Shown piece by piece: positions 38,355 to 48,792 of a stretch of DNA of 64,000 nucleotides. The stretch comes from Flavobacteriaceae bacterium. Its GTDB lineage: Bacteria > Bacteroidota > Bacteroidia > Flavobacteriales > Flavobacteriaceae. The translations under genes and the position numbers were made by a program. The stretch is from assembly GCA_017857815.1 (NCBI GenBank), contig JAFMCL010000008.1:1774-65773 (forward strand), given 5' to 3'. Each line of letters starts with the position of its first letter. Positions within the stretch are counted from its first letter, which is position 1. Below the pieces are notes generated by a model, which worked only from the letters and a program-made list of their open reading frames with translations, did not search any database and was not told the origin of the DNA.

Positions 38355-38879
38355 ATGTATAAAAAAACTTCTCACAAAAAAAGGTACCAAAGAACGTTTT
38401 TATTTTTAAAAACACATATTTCTAAAGAATCTAAAATCTTAGATTTGGGCGTTGAAAACCCGTTCTCTGATTTCCTTAAAAGCGAAGGGTTTAAGGTTGA
38501 AAACACCAATGGAGAGGATTTGGACGAAGATCTCTCGGCTGTTCTAGACACTGATGCAGAAGTAATTACGGCCTTTGAAATCTTAGAGCACTTGTTATCG
38601 CCCTATGTGCTTTTAAAAGAAATTAAAGCTAAAAAATTATTGATAAGCGTTCCTTTAAAATTATGGTTTTCTCCCGCTTATAGAAGTTCAACGGACTTGA
38701 GAGACAGACACTATCATGAGTTTGAATCTTGGCAATTGGATTGGCTTTTAGAAAAAACAGGCTGGACAATTATTGCCTCTGACAAATGGACCAACCCAAC
38801 AAAAAAAATTGGGTTCAGAACACTGTTTAGATTTTTTGTGCCCAGATACTATATTGTTTACGCGAAAAAAAGAGATTAG
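38355..38879 (+). CDS. Short class I SAM-methyltransferase-like protein
   Basis: KILDLG, TAFEILEHL, HYHEFE and WLLEKTGW motifs. Confidence 0.7.
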   Translation: MYKKTSHKKRYQRTFLFLKTHISKESKILDLGVENPFSDFLKSEGFKVENTNGEDLDEDLSAVLDTDAEVITAFEILEHLLSPYVLLKEIKAKKLLISVPLKLWFSPAYRSSTDLRDRHYHEFESWQLDWLLEKTGWTIIASDKWTNPTKKIGFRTLFRFFVPRYYIVYAKKRD

Positions 38880-38885
38880 ATTATT

Positions 38886-39740
38886 TTGAAATTTTATATC
38901 ATCATACCAGCGCATAACGAAGAAGAAAACATTGGCTTGACTTTAGAATCGATTGCGGGTCAAACCGTAATTCCGCACCAATTGATTGTTGTTAACGACA
39001 ACTCTTCAGACAACACGAAAATGATCGTTGAAACCTTTGTCCAAAAATATTCTTGGATCAGACTTATTAATAAACAATCAACAGACAAACACCTCCCAGG
39101 AGCAAAAATAATTGACGCTTTCAAGACAGGCTATGAGGAATTAGACGAGCACTTTGATGTAATATGTAAGTTTGATGCCGACATGATTTTTGAGTCTAAT
39201 TACTTAGAAAAAATAGCACAACACTTTAATGCAAATCCTAAGCTCGGAATGGCGGCAGGCTTCTGTTATATTAAAAAAAACAATGCTTGGGTTTTAGAAA
39301 ACTTTACCCAAAAAGATCACATAAGAGGCGCTTTGAAAGCTTATAAAAAAGAATGTTTTTTGCAAATAGGGAAATTAAAATCATCGATCGGCTGGGACAC
39401 CATTGATGAATTGTTGGCGCAATACTATCAATGGGATATTTTAACCGATGAAACATTAAAGGTAAAGCACCTCAAACCAACGGGGCAAAATTATAGTGCA
39501 GGGGCTCAACTTTTGCAGGGAGTGGCGACTTACCGCATGCGATTGGGCTTGGTATTGACACTAATCATTGGCTTTAAAATGGCGATTAAGAAAAAAACAC
39601 CACTACTTTTTTTAGATTTTATCAAAGGATATTTTAAGGCCAAAAAAGAAGAACAAACCTATTTGGTTGACCCAAAACAAGGAAAATTTATAAGAGATTT
39701 GAGATGGAATGGGATTTTAAAAAAGATTAAACTTAATTAA
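38886..39740 (+). CDS. Glycosyltransferase family 2
   Basis: IIIPAHNEE, VVNDNSSD, KFDAD (DxD) and GWDTID motifs. Confidence 0.88.
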   Translation: MKFYIIIPAHNEEENIGLTLESIAGQTVIPHQLIVVNDNSSDNTKMIVETFVQKYSWIRLINKQSTDKHLPGAKIIDAFKTGYEELDEHFDVICKFDADMIFESNYLEKIAQHFNANPKLGMAAGFCYIKKNNAWVLENFTQKDHIRGALKAYKKECFLQIGKLKSSIGWDTIDELLAQYYQWDILTDETLKVKHLKPTGQNYSAGAQLLQGVATYRMRLGLVLTLIIGFKMAIKKKTPLLFLDFIKGYFKAKKEEQTYLVDPKQGKFIRDLRWNGILKKIKLN

Positions 39741-39777
39741 GAAATCACTTGATTATCTTTACACCAAAGTCGAAAGA

Positions 39778-41049
39778 ATGAATGTATTAGTATTAGGAAG
39801 TGGAGGTCGAGAACACACTTTTTGTTGGAAACTTGCACAAAGTAAAATCGTAGAAGGGCTTTATGCTGCTCCGGGGAACGCTGGAACGGCATTAATAGCA
39901 AACAACCTAGACTTTGGAGTCAATGATTTTGTCGCAATCAAAAAAGCGGTGCTTTTGCACAATATCGACTTGGTGGTAGTCGGCCCTGAAGATCCGCTTG
40001 TGAATGGAATTCATGATTTCTTTTTAGACGATATCAAATTAAAACACATCTCAGTTATTGGTCCCCAGAAACTTGCAGCAACCCTCGAAGGAAGTAAAGA
40101 ATTTGCGAAAGAGTTCATGATGCGCCATAAGATTCCAACGGCGAAATACGGAAGTTTTTCTCCCGAAAATATTGAAGAAGGCTATCTGTTTTTAGATCAA
40201 CTTTCCTCTCCTTATGTTTTAAAAGCTGACGGTTTGGCCGCAGGAAAAGGCGTTCTCATTATTGAAGACCTTTTGGAAGCAAAAAAGGAATTGTCTAATA
40301 TGTTGTTGGACAAAAAATTTGGAGCAGCATCTGCCAAAGTTGTGATCGAAGAGTTTTTGACAGGAATAGAGCTTTCTTGCTTTGTTTTAACAGACGGAAA
40401 ATCATTTGTCACCCTTCCGATGGCCAAAGACTACAAACGAATAGGAGAGGGAGATACGGGACTCAACACAGGTGGTATGGGAGCAGTATCACCAGTTCCG
40501 TTTGCTGACGAAGCTTTTAAAGAAAAAATCAATCAACAAGTTGTGGTTCCAACAATTAATGGATTAGCGAAGGACAACATTCCTTATGTAGGATTTATTT
40601 TTATTGGTTTAATCAAAATTGGAGCGGATCCTTTTGTCATTGAATATAATGTTAGAATGGGAGATCCAGAAACAGAAGTTGTTTTACCTAGAATAAAAAA
40701 CGATTTTGGAGAAATACTTTTGGCTGTTGGAGCGCAAAGGCTGTCTGAAGTTAAGTTGGAAATTGACTCTCGCGCAGCGACAACAGTAGTGGCCGTCTCT
40801 GGAGGATATCCGGAGGATTACCAAAAGGGCAAGGTCATTTTAGGATTGGATCGTGTCGAAGGTAGTCAAGTTTTTCATGCGGGTACGATCAATGATGCCG
40901 ATGAAATAAGGACCAATGGTGGACGTGTTTTGGCTGTGACTTCTTTTGGTAAAAACCATCAAGAAGCAATAGATCAATCATTTAGTCAACTAGAAAAAAT
41001 CCAGTATGAAGGAATTTATTACAGAAAAGACATAGGTTTTGACCTATAG
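39778..41049 (+). CDS. purD: Phosphoribosylamine--glycine ligase
   Basis: GSGGREH, LEGSK, KADGLAAGKGV, GLNTGGMG, EYNVRMGDPE and YRKDIG motifs. Confidence 0.97.
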   Translation: MNVLVLGSGGREHTFCWKLAQSKIVEGLYAAPGNAGTALIANNLDFGVNDFVAIKKAVLLHNIDLVVVGPEDPLVNGIHDFFLDDIKLKHISVIGPQKLAATLEGSKEFAKEFMMRHKIPTAKYGSFSPENIEEGYLFLDQLSSPYVLKADGLAAGKGVLIIEDLLEAKKELSNMLLDKKFGAASAKVVIEEFLTGIELSCFVLTDGKSFVTLPMAKDYKRIGEGDTGLNTGGMGAVSPVPFADEAFKEKINQQVVVPTINGLAKDNIPYVGFIFIGLIKIGADPFVIEYNVRMGDPETEVVLPRIKNDFGEILLAVGAQRLSEVKLEIDSRAATTVVAVSGGYPEDYQKGKVILGLDRVEGSQVFHAGTINDADEIRTNGGRVLAVTSFGKNHQEAIDQSFSQLEKIQYEGIYYRKDIGFDL

Positions 41050-41271
41050 AAAAGAATGTGCAGAAGTGTCTTTGTCTTCTTCTTCGTTCTTATCGAAAGA
41101 TCTAAGTTGAAGGATCCAGTAAACTCCAGCAGCAAGGCCAATTGCCATGAAAAACCAACTCATAAAATTTGCGACCCACCAGCTCTGTAGCTCTATATCG
41201 GCAAGAATATTATAAGGAATTAACAGTAATTCTTCGAATAGACGGGCTATGGCTTCAAAAAAATTTTTCAT
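41044..41271 (-). CDS. Small conserved flavobacterial membrane protein (DUF6341-like)
   Basis: MKNFFEAIA, WWVAN..SW.F..I and C-terminal SAHSFL. -7 box at 41294-41301 (minus). Confidence 0.65.
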   Translation of the reverse strand: MKNFFEAIARLFEELLLIPYNILADIELQSWWVANFMSWFFMAIGLAAGVYWILQLRSFDKNEEEDKDTSAHSFL

Positions 41272-41313
41272 CAACAAGGGTTTATTTATATTGCAAAAAT
41301 AACAAAAAGGAAC

Positions 41314-42237
41314 ATGATTGCCAATCTTTTTAAAAAATCTGACTATCTAAATTATTTCATCTCAGGATTTTTGATTTTATTAGGAGCTTTTTCAAATCAA
41401 TTTGAAGCGGCTAGTACAGAAGGAAGCCTTTCTCAAACATACGCCTCAATAATTATTTTTCTAATTGCTTTTTCAGTCATGATCTTTATGGATGTTTATC
41501 TTAAACAACAGAATTTTTTTAAAAAAAGTAGTTATTATAAAATGTTTTATGCACTGCTCTTTATCGCAATTCCAGGTATTAAAATTAATCTTTATATTCT
41601 TTTAGCCCCTTTTCTATTATTTTTTTCGATCTATAATATGAACCTATCTTTTGCCTCAAAAACGAATGTTAAACCTTATTTTGACACAGGTCTTTTTATC
41701 GCTTTTGCTACACTGCTTTATCCTTTTAATGCTCTATTCTTCATCATCCCTTTTTTGTTAATTATAACCAGCAATGGAAATCAACTTAAAAGATTGTTTT
41801 TGCTATTTCTACCACTATTGGTTATTGCTTTTATCGCTTATCCTATTTTTAGTATTCTAGAAATCGACAGGATTCAGGAGGATTTAAGAAAATGGACTTG
41901 GGAATTAAAACCATTTGATCTACCTCTTGAAACTAAATTGTTTTGGTACGTAACCATTGGATTTGGCCTGTTGATGTTAATCAATGATTTATTGAAAAGG
42001 AAAGATCTTTTTGGGTATCAAAAGCAAAATTACACATGGATAATTCTATTTTTTTTAATTATTCTTTTTATGATTTACGGGACAAATGACACAAGGCTGT
42101 TATTCTACCTGCTATTTCCAATCTCAATTTTTGTCGGAAGAGTTACTCAAAGGATGAAGAGTGATTTTTCAAGAAATATTCTTCCAACGCTGATCATCAT
42201 CGGAATTATACTTTTAAAATTTCCACTTTTTAATTGA
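41314..42237 (+). CDS. Polytopic membrane protein (DUF6427-like)
   Basis: About 10 hydrophobic segments, FDTGLFIA.ATL.Y motif, position after purD. Confidence 0.55.
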   Translation: MIANLFKKSDYLNYFISGFLILLGAFSNQFEAASTEGSLSQTYASIIIFLIAFSVMIFMDVYLKQQNFFKKSSYYKMFYALLFIAIPGIKINLYILLAPFLLFFSIYNMNLSFASKTNVKPYFDTGLFIAFATLLYPFNALFFIIPFLLIITSNGNQLKRLFLLFLPLLVIAFIAYPIFSILEIDRIQEDLRKWTWELKPFDLPLETKLFWYVTIGFGLLMLINDLLKRKDLFGYQKQNYTWIILFFLIILFMIYGTNDTRLLFYLLFPISIFVGRVTQRMKSDFSRNILPTLIIIGIILLKFPLFN

Positions 42238-42298
42238 TCACCAAATCGTATCTTTGAAAAAAAAACGAGGGAAAGGCCAAAAAAACATATTCATACGA

Positions 42299-42916
42299 AT
42301 GAGTGATAATAAAATAAGTAAAACTGCAATAAAAATTTTTAAGGAAAGCATTGACAAGTATCACTTACTTGACACTGTTGATCAGCCTTTTAGCAACCCC
42401 TATCCTCCAGATACCATTGCACATTTACTTTACAGAAAAAACTGGATTGATACTGTTCAGTGGCATTTTGAAGATTTGATTAGAGATCCTGAAATTGAAC
42501 CCGTTTTTGGAATGCAACTCAAAAGAAAGATTGATGCTTCCAACCAAGACAGAACGGATGTGGTTGAATCTATAGACAGTTTTTTCTTAGAGAAACACAA
42601 AGAAGTCAATGCACATGAAAATGCTACGATAAATTCAGAAAGTCCAGCCTGGGCGATTGATCGCTTGTCAATTTTAGAGTTGAAAATCTATCATATGGAA
42701 GAGGAGGCCAATCGCAAAAGCGCCTCTATAGCTCACAAAGAGAGATGCAATATTAAATTAAGTATTCTGCTAGATCAACGCATAGATTTGAGCGGTGCAA
42801 TTGATCAACTTTTGGAAGACATTGCTGAGGGTAAAAAATACATGAAAGTTTACAAACAAATGAAAATGTATAATGATGATTCTTTGAATCCGGTCTTGTA
42901 TAAAGACAAATCATAA
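42299..42916 (+). CDS. DUF4254 domain protein
   Basis: KNWIDTVQWH.ED, RKIDASNQDRTD, NSESPAWAIDRLSIL and YKQMKMYND motifs. -7 box at 42249-42256. Confidence 0.85.
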   Translation: MSDNKISKTAIKIFKESIDKYHLLDTVDQPFSNPYPPDTIAHLLYRKNWIDTVQWHFEDLIRDPEIEPVFGMQLKRKIDASNQDRTDVVESIDSFFLEKHKEVNAHENATINSESPAWAIDRLSILELKIYHMEEEANRKSASIAHKERCNIKLSILLDQRIDLSGAIDQLLEDIAEGKKYMKVYKQMKMYNDDSLNPVLYKDKS

Positions 42917-42922
42917 AACCAA

Positions 42923-43954
42923 ATGAAAAATCCGCATCACTTGTTGCTTATTCGTTTTTCGGCGCTAGGCGATGTGGCGATACTGGTTCCTGTGATTCGT
43001 TGCCTCTATCAAACGTATCCCGGTTTAACAATCACTTTCCTAGGGAGGCCTTTTACAAAATCATTATTTAGAGAGTTTGAAAACTTCAATTTTCACCCAG
43101 TAGATTTTGGTGCAAAGCACAAGGGAATCAAAGGTTTGTGGCGTCTTTTTAAGGAACTTAAAAACATTCCGTTTTCTGGAATAGCAGATTTACACTCGGT
43201 TTTAAGGACTCATTTATTGTCTTTGTTTTTTAAATTAACTTTTTTTAAAGTAAAAAAAATTGACAAAGGCCGTCGGGAGAAACGCTTATTGACTAGAAGT
43301 TCAAACAAGAAATTTCAACCCCTGACGCCAACAATCTATCGTTATACAGACGTCTTTAGGAAGCTTGGCTTTCCAGTTGAATTAGATGCGCATGAGTTTT
43401 CATTTAAAAGAGAATTCCCCAAGAGCATTCAGACACATTTTGAAGTCAAAAATAAAAAATGGATAGGGATTGCCCCTTTTGCTTCTTTTGAAGGGAAAAT
43501 GTACCCTTTGGATCAAATGCAGCAAGTGATTGCTTCCCTTGAAAAGGAATTTCAAATTTTTTTATTTGGAGCCGGAGCTATCGAAAAAGACCGATTAGAG
43601 ATTTGGGAGAGGTCCTATGAAAACGTTTATTCTACTGCAGGACGTATTTCTTTTGAAGATCAGCTCGACCTTATGCCACATTTGGATTTAATGATTTCTA
43701 TGGATTCTGCCAATGGTCACTTGGCGGCAAATTATGGAACTCCAGTGCTAACTTTGTGGGGACTTACACATCCTTTTTGTGGTTTTTCTCCATTCAATCA
43801 ACCCGTAACAAACGCCTTGCTTTTGGACAGAAAAAAATACCCTAAAATCCCAACTTCTGTTTTCGGGAATAAAATCCCAAAAGGATATGAAGAGGCTTTT
43901 AGGTCTTTAACTCCTTTGACCGTAATTGAAAAAACTTTAGAAATTATAAAGTAG
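42923..43954 (+). CDS. Glycosyltransferase family 9 (LPS heptosyltransferase-like)
   Basis: IRFSALGDV, DLH..LR, IGIAPFA, SMDSANGHLAA and WG.THP motifs. Confidence 0.9.
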   Translation: MKNPHHLLLIRFSALGDVAILVPVIRCLYQTYPGLTITFLGRPFTKSLFREFENFNFHPVDFGAKHKGIKGLWRLFKELKNIPFSGIADLHSVLRTHLLSLFFKLTFFKVKKIDKGRREKRLLTRSSNKKFQPLTPTIYRYTDVFRKLGFPVELDAHEFSFKREFPKSIQTHFEVKNKKWIGIAPFASFEGKMYPLDQMQQVIASLEKEFQIFLFGAGAIEKDRLEIWERSYENVYSTAGRISFEDQLDLMPHLDLMISMDSANGHLAANYGTPVLTLWGLTHPFCGFSPFNQPVTNALLLDRKKYPKIPTSVFGNKIPKGYEEAFRSLTPLTVIEKTLEIIK

Positions 43955-43963
43955 TTTTAAAAA

Positions 43964-45007
43964 CTAGACGTCGTCATAATCTACTTTAAGGTGTGAACTG
44001 CTAATGTGAGCTTGACAAGTTAGAATCAATCCTTCTTCTATTTCTTCGTCAGTTAGAACCTGATTGTTATCCATTGTTACAGTTCCTTCCTTAATCTTGG
44101 CAATACAACTGCTACAAACCCCTCCTTGACAAGAATAGGGGACGTCAATGTTGTTTTGTAGGGCAAGGTCTAAAACGCTTTTCCCCTTTGCGTTTTCAAA
44201 AGTATAGGATTCTTCATCGTAAATAATTTCTAATGACGCTCTTTCTGAATTGCTTTCGACTGCTGCAGTTCCCTTTTTTTCAGAAGCAGTAAATAATTCA
44301 AAATGAATGTTTTCTTTTAAAACAGCTTTTTCGACGAGCGTATCAGAAACAGTATTGATCATTTGTTCAGGACCGCAGAGGTAAAAATGATCGACGGGCT
44401 TGTCATAGTTGTTTAAAAAGTTTTTTACCACTGGAGCGTCGATTCGTCCAAAAAAGCTATTTTCTTCGTTTGATTGACTGAAGACCCAAGTGACTTTGAA
44501 TCGTGATTTGAATGTTTTTTCAAGCTCCTTAAGTTCGTTAAGAAACATGGTGTCCTCAGGAGTTTTGTTTCCATAGACCAAAGAAAATTCATTCTCAGGA
44601 TGACTTGAAAGCACTGTTTTAATGATTGACATGATTGGCGTAATACCACTTCCGGCAGCAAAAGCAACTATTTTTTCTGAAGTGCCTTTAGGATCATATA
44701 AAAACCGGCCTTGCGGAGAACCGACTAGGATGCTATCTTTAATCTGAAGCATTTTATTGGCAAAAGAAGAAAAGACCCCTTCTGGGATTTGTTTGATCCC
44801 GACTTGAAGCGCTTCGTTCGGCATGCTACAGATTGAATAAGACCGCCTAACTTTTTGATCGTTAACCACCGCCTCAAGGGTAAGGTATTGGCCTGATTTG
44901 AAACTAAATTTTTCTTTTTCATCAGAAGGAACCTCAAATGATAGAATAACTGAATTTGAGGTATTTTGTTCAATATTTGAAATGACCAATGAAGAGAAGT
45001 CTGACAT
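43964..45007 (-). CDS. Ferredoxin--NAD(P) reductase family FAD/NAD oxidoreductase with C-terminal 2Fe-2S domain (PaaE-like)
   Basis: RRSYSICS, AAGSGITP, YLCGP and PYSCQGGVCSSC..LTCQ motifs. -7 box at 45041-45048. Confidence 0.9.
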   Translation of the reverse strand: MSDFSSLVISNIEQNTSNSVILSFEVPSDEKEKFSFKSGQYLTLEAVVNDQKVRRSYSICSMPNEALQVGIKQIPEGVFSSFANKMLQIKDSILVGSPQGRFLYDPKGTSEKIVAFAAGSGITPIMSIIKTVLSSHPENEFSLVYGNKTPEDTMFLNELKELEKTFKSRFKVTWVFSQSNEENSFFGRIDAPVVKNFLNNYDKPVDHFYLCGPEQMINTVSDTLVEKAVLKENIHFELFTASEKKGTAAVESNSERASLEIIYDEESYTFENAKGKSVLDLALQNNIDVPYSCQGGVCSSCIAKIKEGTVTMDNNQVLTDEEIEEGLILTCQAHISSSHLKVDYDDV

Positions 45008-45244
45008 GTGTTTTTAGTTTAAATTTCAAGCCTATTATTACAAAGATATTTTAAAAACACTTGATGACAACAATAAAACTTTAGAGATTAAGCGCAATTT
45101 TTGTTAAAACATTTAAATTTATGGCGTTATTTACTCCAGTGTGGAATGCCTTGTAAAAACCTTTAAAGGCTTTCAATAATATTTTATGCACCAATCACAT
45201 ACTAAAACCCTTGTTTATCAGTTATTACAATTAAACTTTTCTAC

Positions 45245-47722
45245 TTGAAAAACAGCTGTAGACATTTCATTTCATTTATTTTGATCTCGGTTTTGCTATC
45301 CGCTTGCGCTACTGAGAAGAACAGATTTGTTAATCGGCAGTATCATTTCATTACGACCAAGTACAATGTTTTGTTTAATGGTAAAGAAGCCTTTGCCATC
45401 GGCACCTCTATTTTAGATCAGGTATATGACGACAATTTTTTTGAAATCCTCCCGATTGAGCCCATTGCCATTAATGGCGAAAACATTGATAATACAACCA
45501 TAATTCCTGGTTTTGCCAAGGCAGAGGATAAGGCGGTAAAAGCCATCCAAAAACACTCCATGAACATCAAAGGCGTTCAACGCAATGGTAAAATTGATGA
45601 AGCCTATCTGCTTTTGGGGAAGGCAAGATATTATGACCGTAGATTTTTTCCGGCGTTGGAAGCGTTCAATTATCTACTTGAAAATTATGCAGATCCCAAA
45701 ACATACGTTGAAGGAAGAATTTGGAGAGAAAAAACCAACCTTCGTTTAAAAAACGAAGAATTGGCGATAAAAAATTTGAGGAGTTTGGCCTTAAACCTTA
45801 ATCCCAAAGGTAAATTCCACAGTCTTGCAAATTCAACCATTGCCCAGGCTTTTATAAACATAAAACAATTAGACTCTGCGTTATATTACATCAAACGTGC
45901 AGCTGTTACCACAAAATCAAAGGCAAAAAAAGGCCGACTTCTTTTTATTACTGGACAGCTTTTCGAATCACTTCAGAAAATCGATTCCGCTGCATGGGCC
46001 TATAGCGAAGTCGTCAACCTTAAAAGGAAAAGTCCCAGGAAATATTGGATTAATGCTGAAATAAAAAGGCTGCAGATTCGATACCAACGCGACAGTATTT
46101 CTCCAATCCCAGAGCTTCTAAAACTTGACAATAACTACGAAAATAAACCATTTGAGCACTGGATTAAAAGAGCAATGAGTCAATATTATCTCAAACAAAG
46201 CCAAGACAGTTTGGGGAGATACTATTTGGTTCAATCAAATCGTTCGGAATTCATCGACTTTCCTACAGGGAAAGCCAACTATAGGGACTTGGTAGATTAT
46301 CATTTTAACAATGGAGAATATCCATCTGCAGGCGCCTATTTGGACAGTCTAATTGCCTTGTATCCCGAAGGAACCAGCGATAGAAAAAGAACCCAACGGG
46401 AGCGGGATAATCTAAACGGGGTTATTAAATACGAAAGAATCGTTGCAACTACCGACAGTTTACTTTATTTAACTTCATTAAGTGATTCCGCACAAATAAA
46501 ATATTTTGAAGATTTCATTAAACAAAAAGAATTGAAAGCACTTGCCGCTGTTAAAGAAGAAGAAAAAGGTGCATTTTCATTTCTGTCGAGATCAAAAGCA
46601 TCCAATCAGTTTTATTTTTACAACCCGACACTTATTATTCAGGGACAACAAAAGTTTCAATCCAGTTGGGGAAACCGCCCGAATGTTGACAACTGGCGAA
46701 TAGCATCCGGTTTAAGTAATCTCAGAAATACTCAAGATCAAACTCTAACACCTTCTTCAGAAGAAGAAATTTTTGTGCAAACCCCCGAAAGCTATGTTGC
46801 TTCCCTTCCGAGTACTGAAAAGGAAAAAGACAGTATCAAGAGCCTAAACGACAATTCCTATCTTCAATTGGGGATGATTTACAAAGAAAACTTTAAAAAT
46901 CTAGTTTTAGCTAGAAATCGTTTAGAACATTTGATTGACCAAAATCCACCTCCAGAGATAATGGCTCCGGCTCTTTACCACCTTTATAAAACTTATGAGG
47001 ATACCTTTCCGGTATTGGCAAACATCTATTTTGACCGGATTGTAAAGGATTATCCCGAAACAGCTTATGGTAAGATGCTAAGCAATCCAGAAGGATTTAA
47101 ATTATCAGAAATTGATTCTCCAGAGGGAATCTACGAAAGCCTCTTAAAGGACTACCTGTCTGGCGACTTTTCCAGCTTTAAAGAAAAGATTGAGGCATCC
47201 TCAATTCTTTTGGGAAGCACCAACTTTGCTCCAAAACTTGAACTTTTAATAGCCAACATGGAGGGAAGATTGAAGGGAATTCCTGAATGGGAAGCGGCAC
47301 TAAATAAAATTCAAAGCAAATACCCTGAAACTCCCGAAGCCATTAAGGCGGCGGAAATGATAGCTCAGATCTCAAGACCTGACTTTATTAATAAAAAAAA
47401 CAAGATTTTTAAAAATTACAAATGGATTTTTAAATACAACACTAAAGACTCTTTAAGTTTAAATTTAACCAAAACAAATCTTCAAGCCGAATTAGAGCGC
47501 AATCCAAAAGCGAACTGGTTTTTTTCTCAAGACCGATTTGATGAAGACCATATTTTTTTAGTTTTACATGGAATAAGAGATCGAAGAGACCTTAATGTAT
47601 GGAAAGAAAATTTTATCCCAGAAAACAAGGAAATCCTATCTGCAAATAATTTTGTAATTTCGTCTTCCCAATATCAGAAACTTTTAAAAGACAAAAATTT
47701 GACAACTTATGAAAAACAGTGA
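45245..47722 (+). CDS. sprE: T9SS/gliding-motility TPR lipoprotein SprE (PorW)
   Basis: Lipobox LSAC; NRQYH..TTKYNVLFNG, KAIQKHSM, AYLLLGKARY and FYFYN..WG.R..DNWR motifs. Confidence 0.8.
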   Translation: MKNSCRHFISFILISVLLSACATEKNRFVNRQYHFITTKYNVLFNGKEAFAIGTSILDQVYDDNFFEILPIEPIAINGENIDNTTIIPGFAKAEDKAVKAIQKHSMNIKGVQRNGKIDEAYLLLGKARYYDRRFFPALEAFNYLLENYADPKTYVEGRIWREKTNLRLKNEELAIKNLRSLALNLNPKGKFHSLANSTIAQAFINIKQLDSALYYIKRAAVTTKSKAKKGRLLFITGQLFESLQKIDSAAWAYSEVVNLKRKSPRKYWINAEIKRLQIRYQRDSISPIPELLKLDNNYENKPFEHWIKRAMSQYYLKQSQDSLGRYYLVQSNRSEFIDFPTGKANYRDLVDYHFNNGEYPSAGAYLDSLIALYPEGTSDRKRTQRERDNLNGVIKYERIVATTDSLLYLTSLSDSAQIKYFEDFIKQKELKALAAVKEEEKGAFSFLSRSKASNQFYFYNPTLIIQGQQKFQSSWGNRPNVDNWRIASGLSNLRNTQDQTLTPSSEEEIFVQTPESYVASLPSTEKEKDSIKSLNDNSYLQLGMIYKENFKNLVLARNRLEHLIDQNPPPEIMAPALYHLYKTYEDTFPVLANIYFDRIVKDYPETAYGKMLSNPEGFKLSEIDSPEGIYESLLKDYLSGDFSSFKEKIEASSILLGSTNFAPKLELLIANMEGRLKGIPEWEAALNKIQSKYPETPEAIKAAEMIAQISRPDFINKKNKIFKNYKWIFKYNTKDSLSLNLTKTNLQAELERNPKANWFFSQDRFDEDHIFLVLHGIRDRRDLNVWKENFIPENKEILSANNFVISSSQYQKLLKDKNLTTYEKQ

Positions 47723-48092
47723 TATAAGTGGACAATATAGTAGACTAGAAAACACAACGTCTGTTAAAGGAGACATTATCTCTGAGGGAGATTTCCGTAT
47801 TGACGGCGTCTTGGAAGGTTCCATAAAAACCAAAGGCAAAATTGTTATTGGCAAAGAAGGTTTTGTCAACGGATCTATCAATTGTTTATGTGCAGATGTA
47901 GAAGGAAAAATTCAAGGAAAAATTTATGTTTCTGAAGTTTTAAACTTAAGATCAACCAGTGACATCAATGGAGAGGTTGTTATTGGAAAGCTTATCGTCG
48001 AATCTGGAGCGAAATTTAATGCATCTTGTTCGATGAAATCGGATAAAAACCGAGAGGAAGTAAAAGTACTTCAGGTAAATCAAGCGACATGA
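47709..48092 (+). CDS. Bactofilin (polymer-forming cytoskeletal protein)
   Basis: GDIISEGDFRIDG.LEG.I..GKIVIG..G.V.G.I and L.VESGA.FN..C.M pattern. Confidence 0.9.
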   Translation: MKNSDISGQYSRLENTTSVKGDIISEGDFRIDGVLEGSIKTKGKIVIGKEGFVNGSINCLCADVEGKIQGKIYVSEVLNLRSTSDINGEVVIGKLIVESGAKFNASCSMKSDKNREEVKVLQVNQAT

Positions 48093-48289
48093 AAAAAAGG
48101 CCTAAAAATTGGCTGATTTTTTCTGGACTTGCATTTCAAATTGCAATCATAATGTACCTCATGATCCAACTGGGAAAGTGGATCGAAGTTAAGATGACAT
48201 TGACTAACAATGTCCCAACCCTCCTATGCGCTCTTCTAGGGATGATTATCATTTTGGTTTTAATTCAAAGGCAAAATAAAAACTTATGA
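48089..48289 (+). CDS. AtpZ/AtpI family small membrane protein
   Basis: WL.FSGLAFQ..I, G.W, two TMs, upstream of the atp genes. Confidence 0.7.
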   Translation: MKKRPKNWLIFSGLAFQIAIIMYLMIQLGKWIEVKMTLTNNVPTLLCALLGMIIILVLIQRQNKNL

Positions 48290-48295
48290 TCCTTT

Positions 48296-48682
48296 ATGTT
48301 AAAGTACTTTTTTAGGTTTTCTTTAATCCTGATTTTATTAAGCTTCCTTGTATTTGGGATTCATTTGGGTTTTCTTTTTTTTATTGACTACCCAATTTGG
48401 GGACACTACATTATACCCTCCTACTTATTTAACTTATTCACCGCACTATTTTTTTATTTGGCGCTGGCCTATGTCTCCAGAAAAGATGAAACGCAAATGG
48501 GTTGGTTTTTTTTACTGTTTAGTGGGCTTAAGTTTTTACTTTTTTTTGTATTGATTTACCCATTATTTAAAGCCGATGGCGTTTTGCAACGTCAAGAATT
48601 TATAACATTTTTTGTCCCCTACGCCTCTTGTCTTTTTATTGAAATCAGGCAGCTAATAATGTTTTTAAATTCAAGCAGTTGA
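48296..48682 (+). CDS. Four-TM membrane protein (DUF6168 / AtpI-like)
   Basis: Four TMs, G..F....LKF and FFVPY..L.IE motifs, upstream of atpB. Confidence 0.6.
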   Translation: MLKYFFRFSLILILLSFLVFGIHLGFLFFIDYPIWGHYIIPSYLFNLFTALFFYLALAYVSRKDETQMGWFFLLFSGLKFLLFFVLIYPLFKADGVLQRQEFITFFVPYASCLFIEIRQLIMFLNSSS

Positions 48683-48745
48683 ACGATTGAAACGAATTTG
48701 TCAAAATATGTTCCAAAAGTCCTTTATTTTATTTTCTGAATAACT

Positions 48746-48753
48746 TACATTTG
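48746..48753 (+). promoter_or_regulatory. -7 box (TACATTTG) for atpBEFHAG
   Basis: Exact TAnnTTTG match upstream of atpB. Confidence 0.65.
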
Positions 48754-48792
48754 CACCGAATTTAAACACAAGTTCAAGTTTTGACAATTGGT

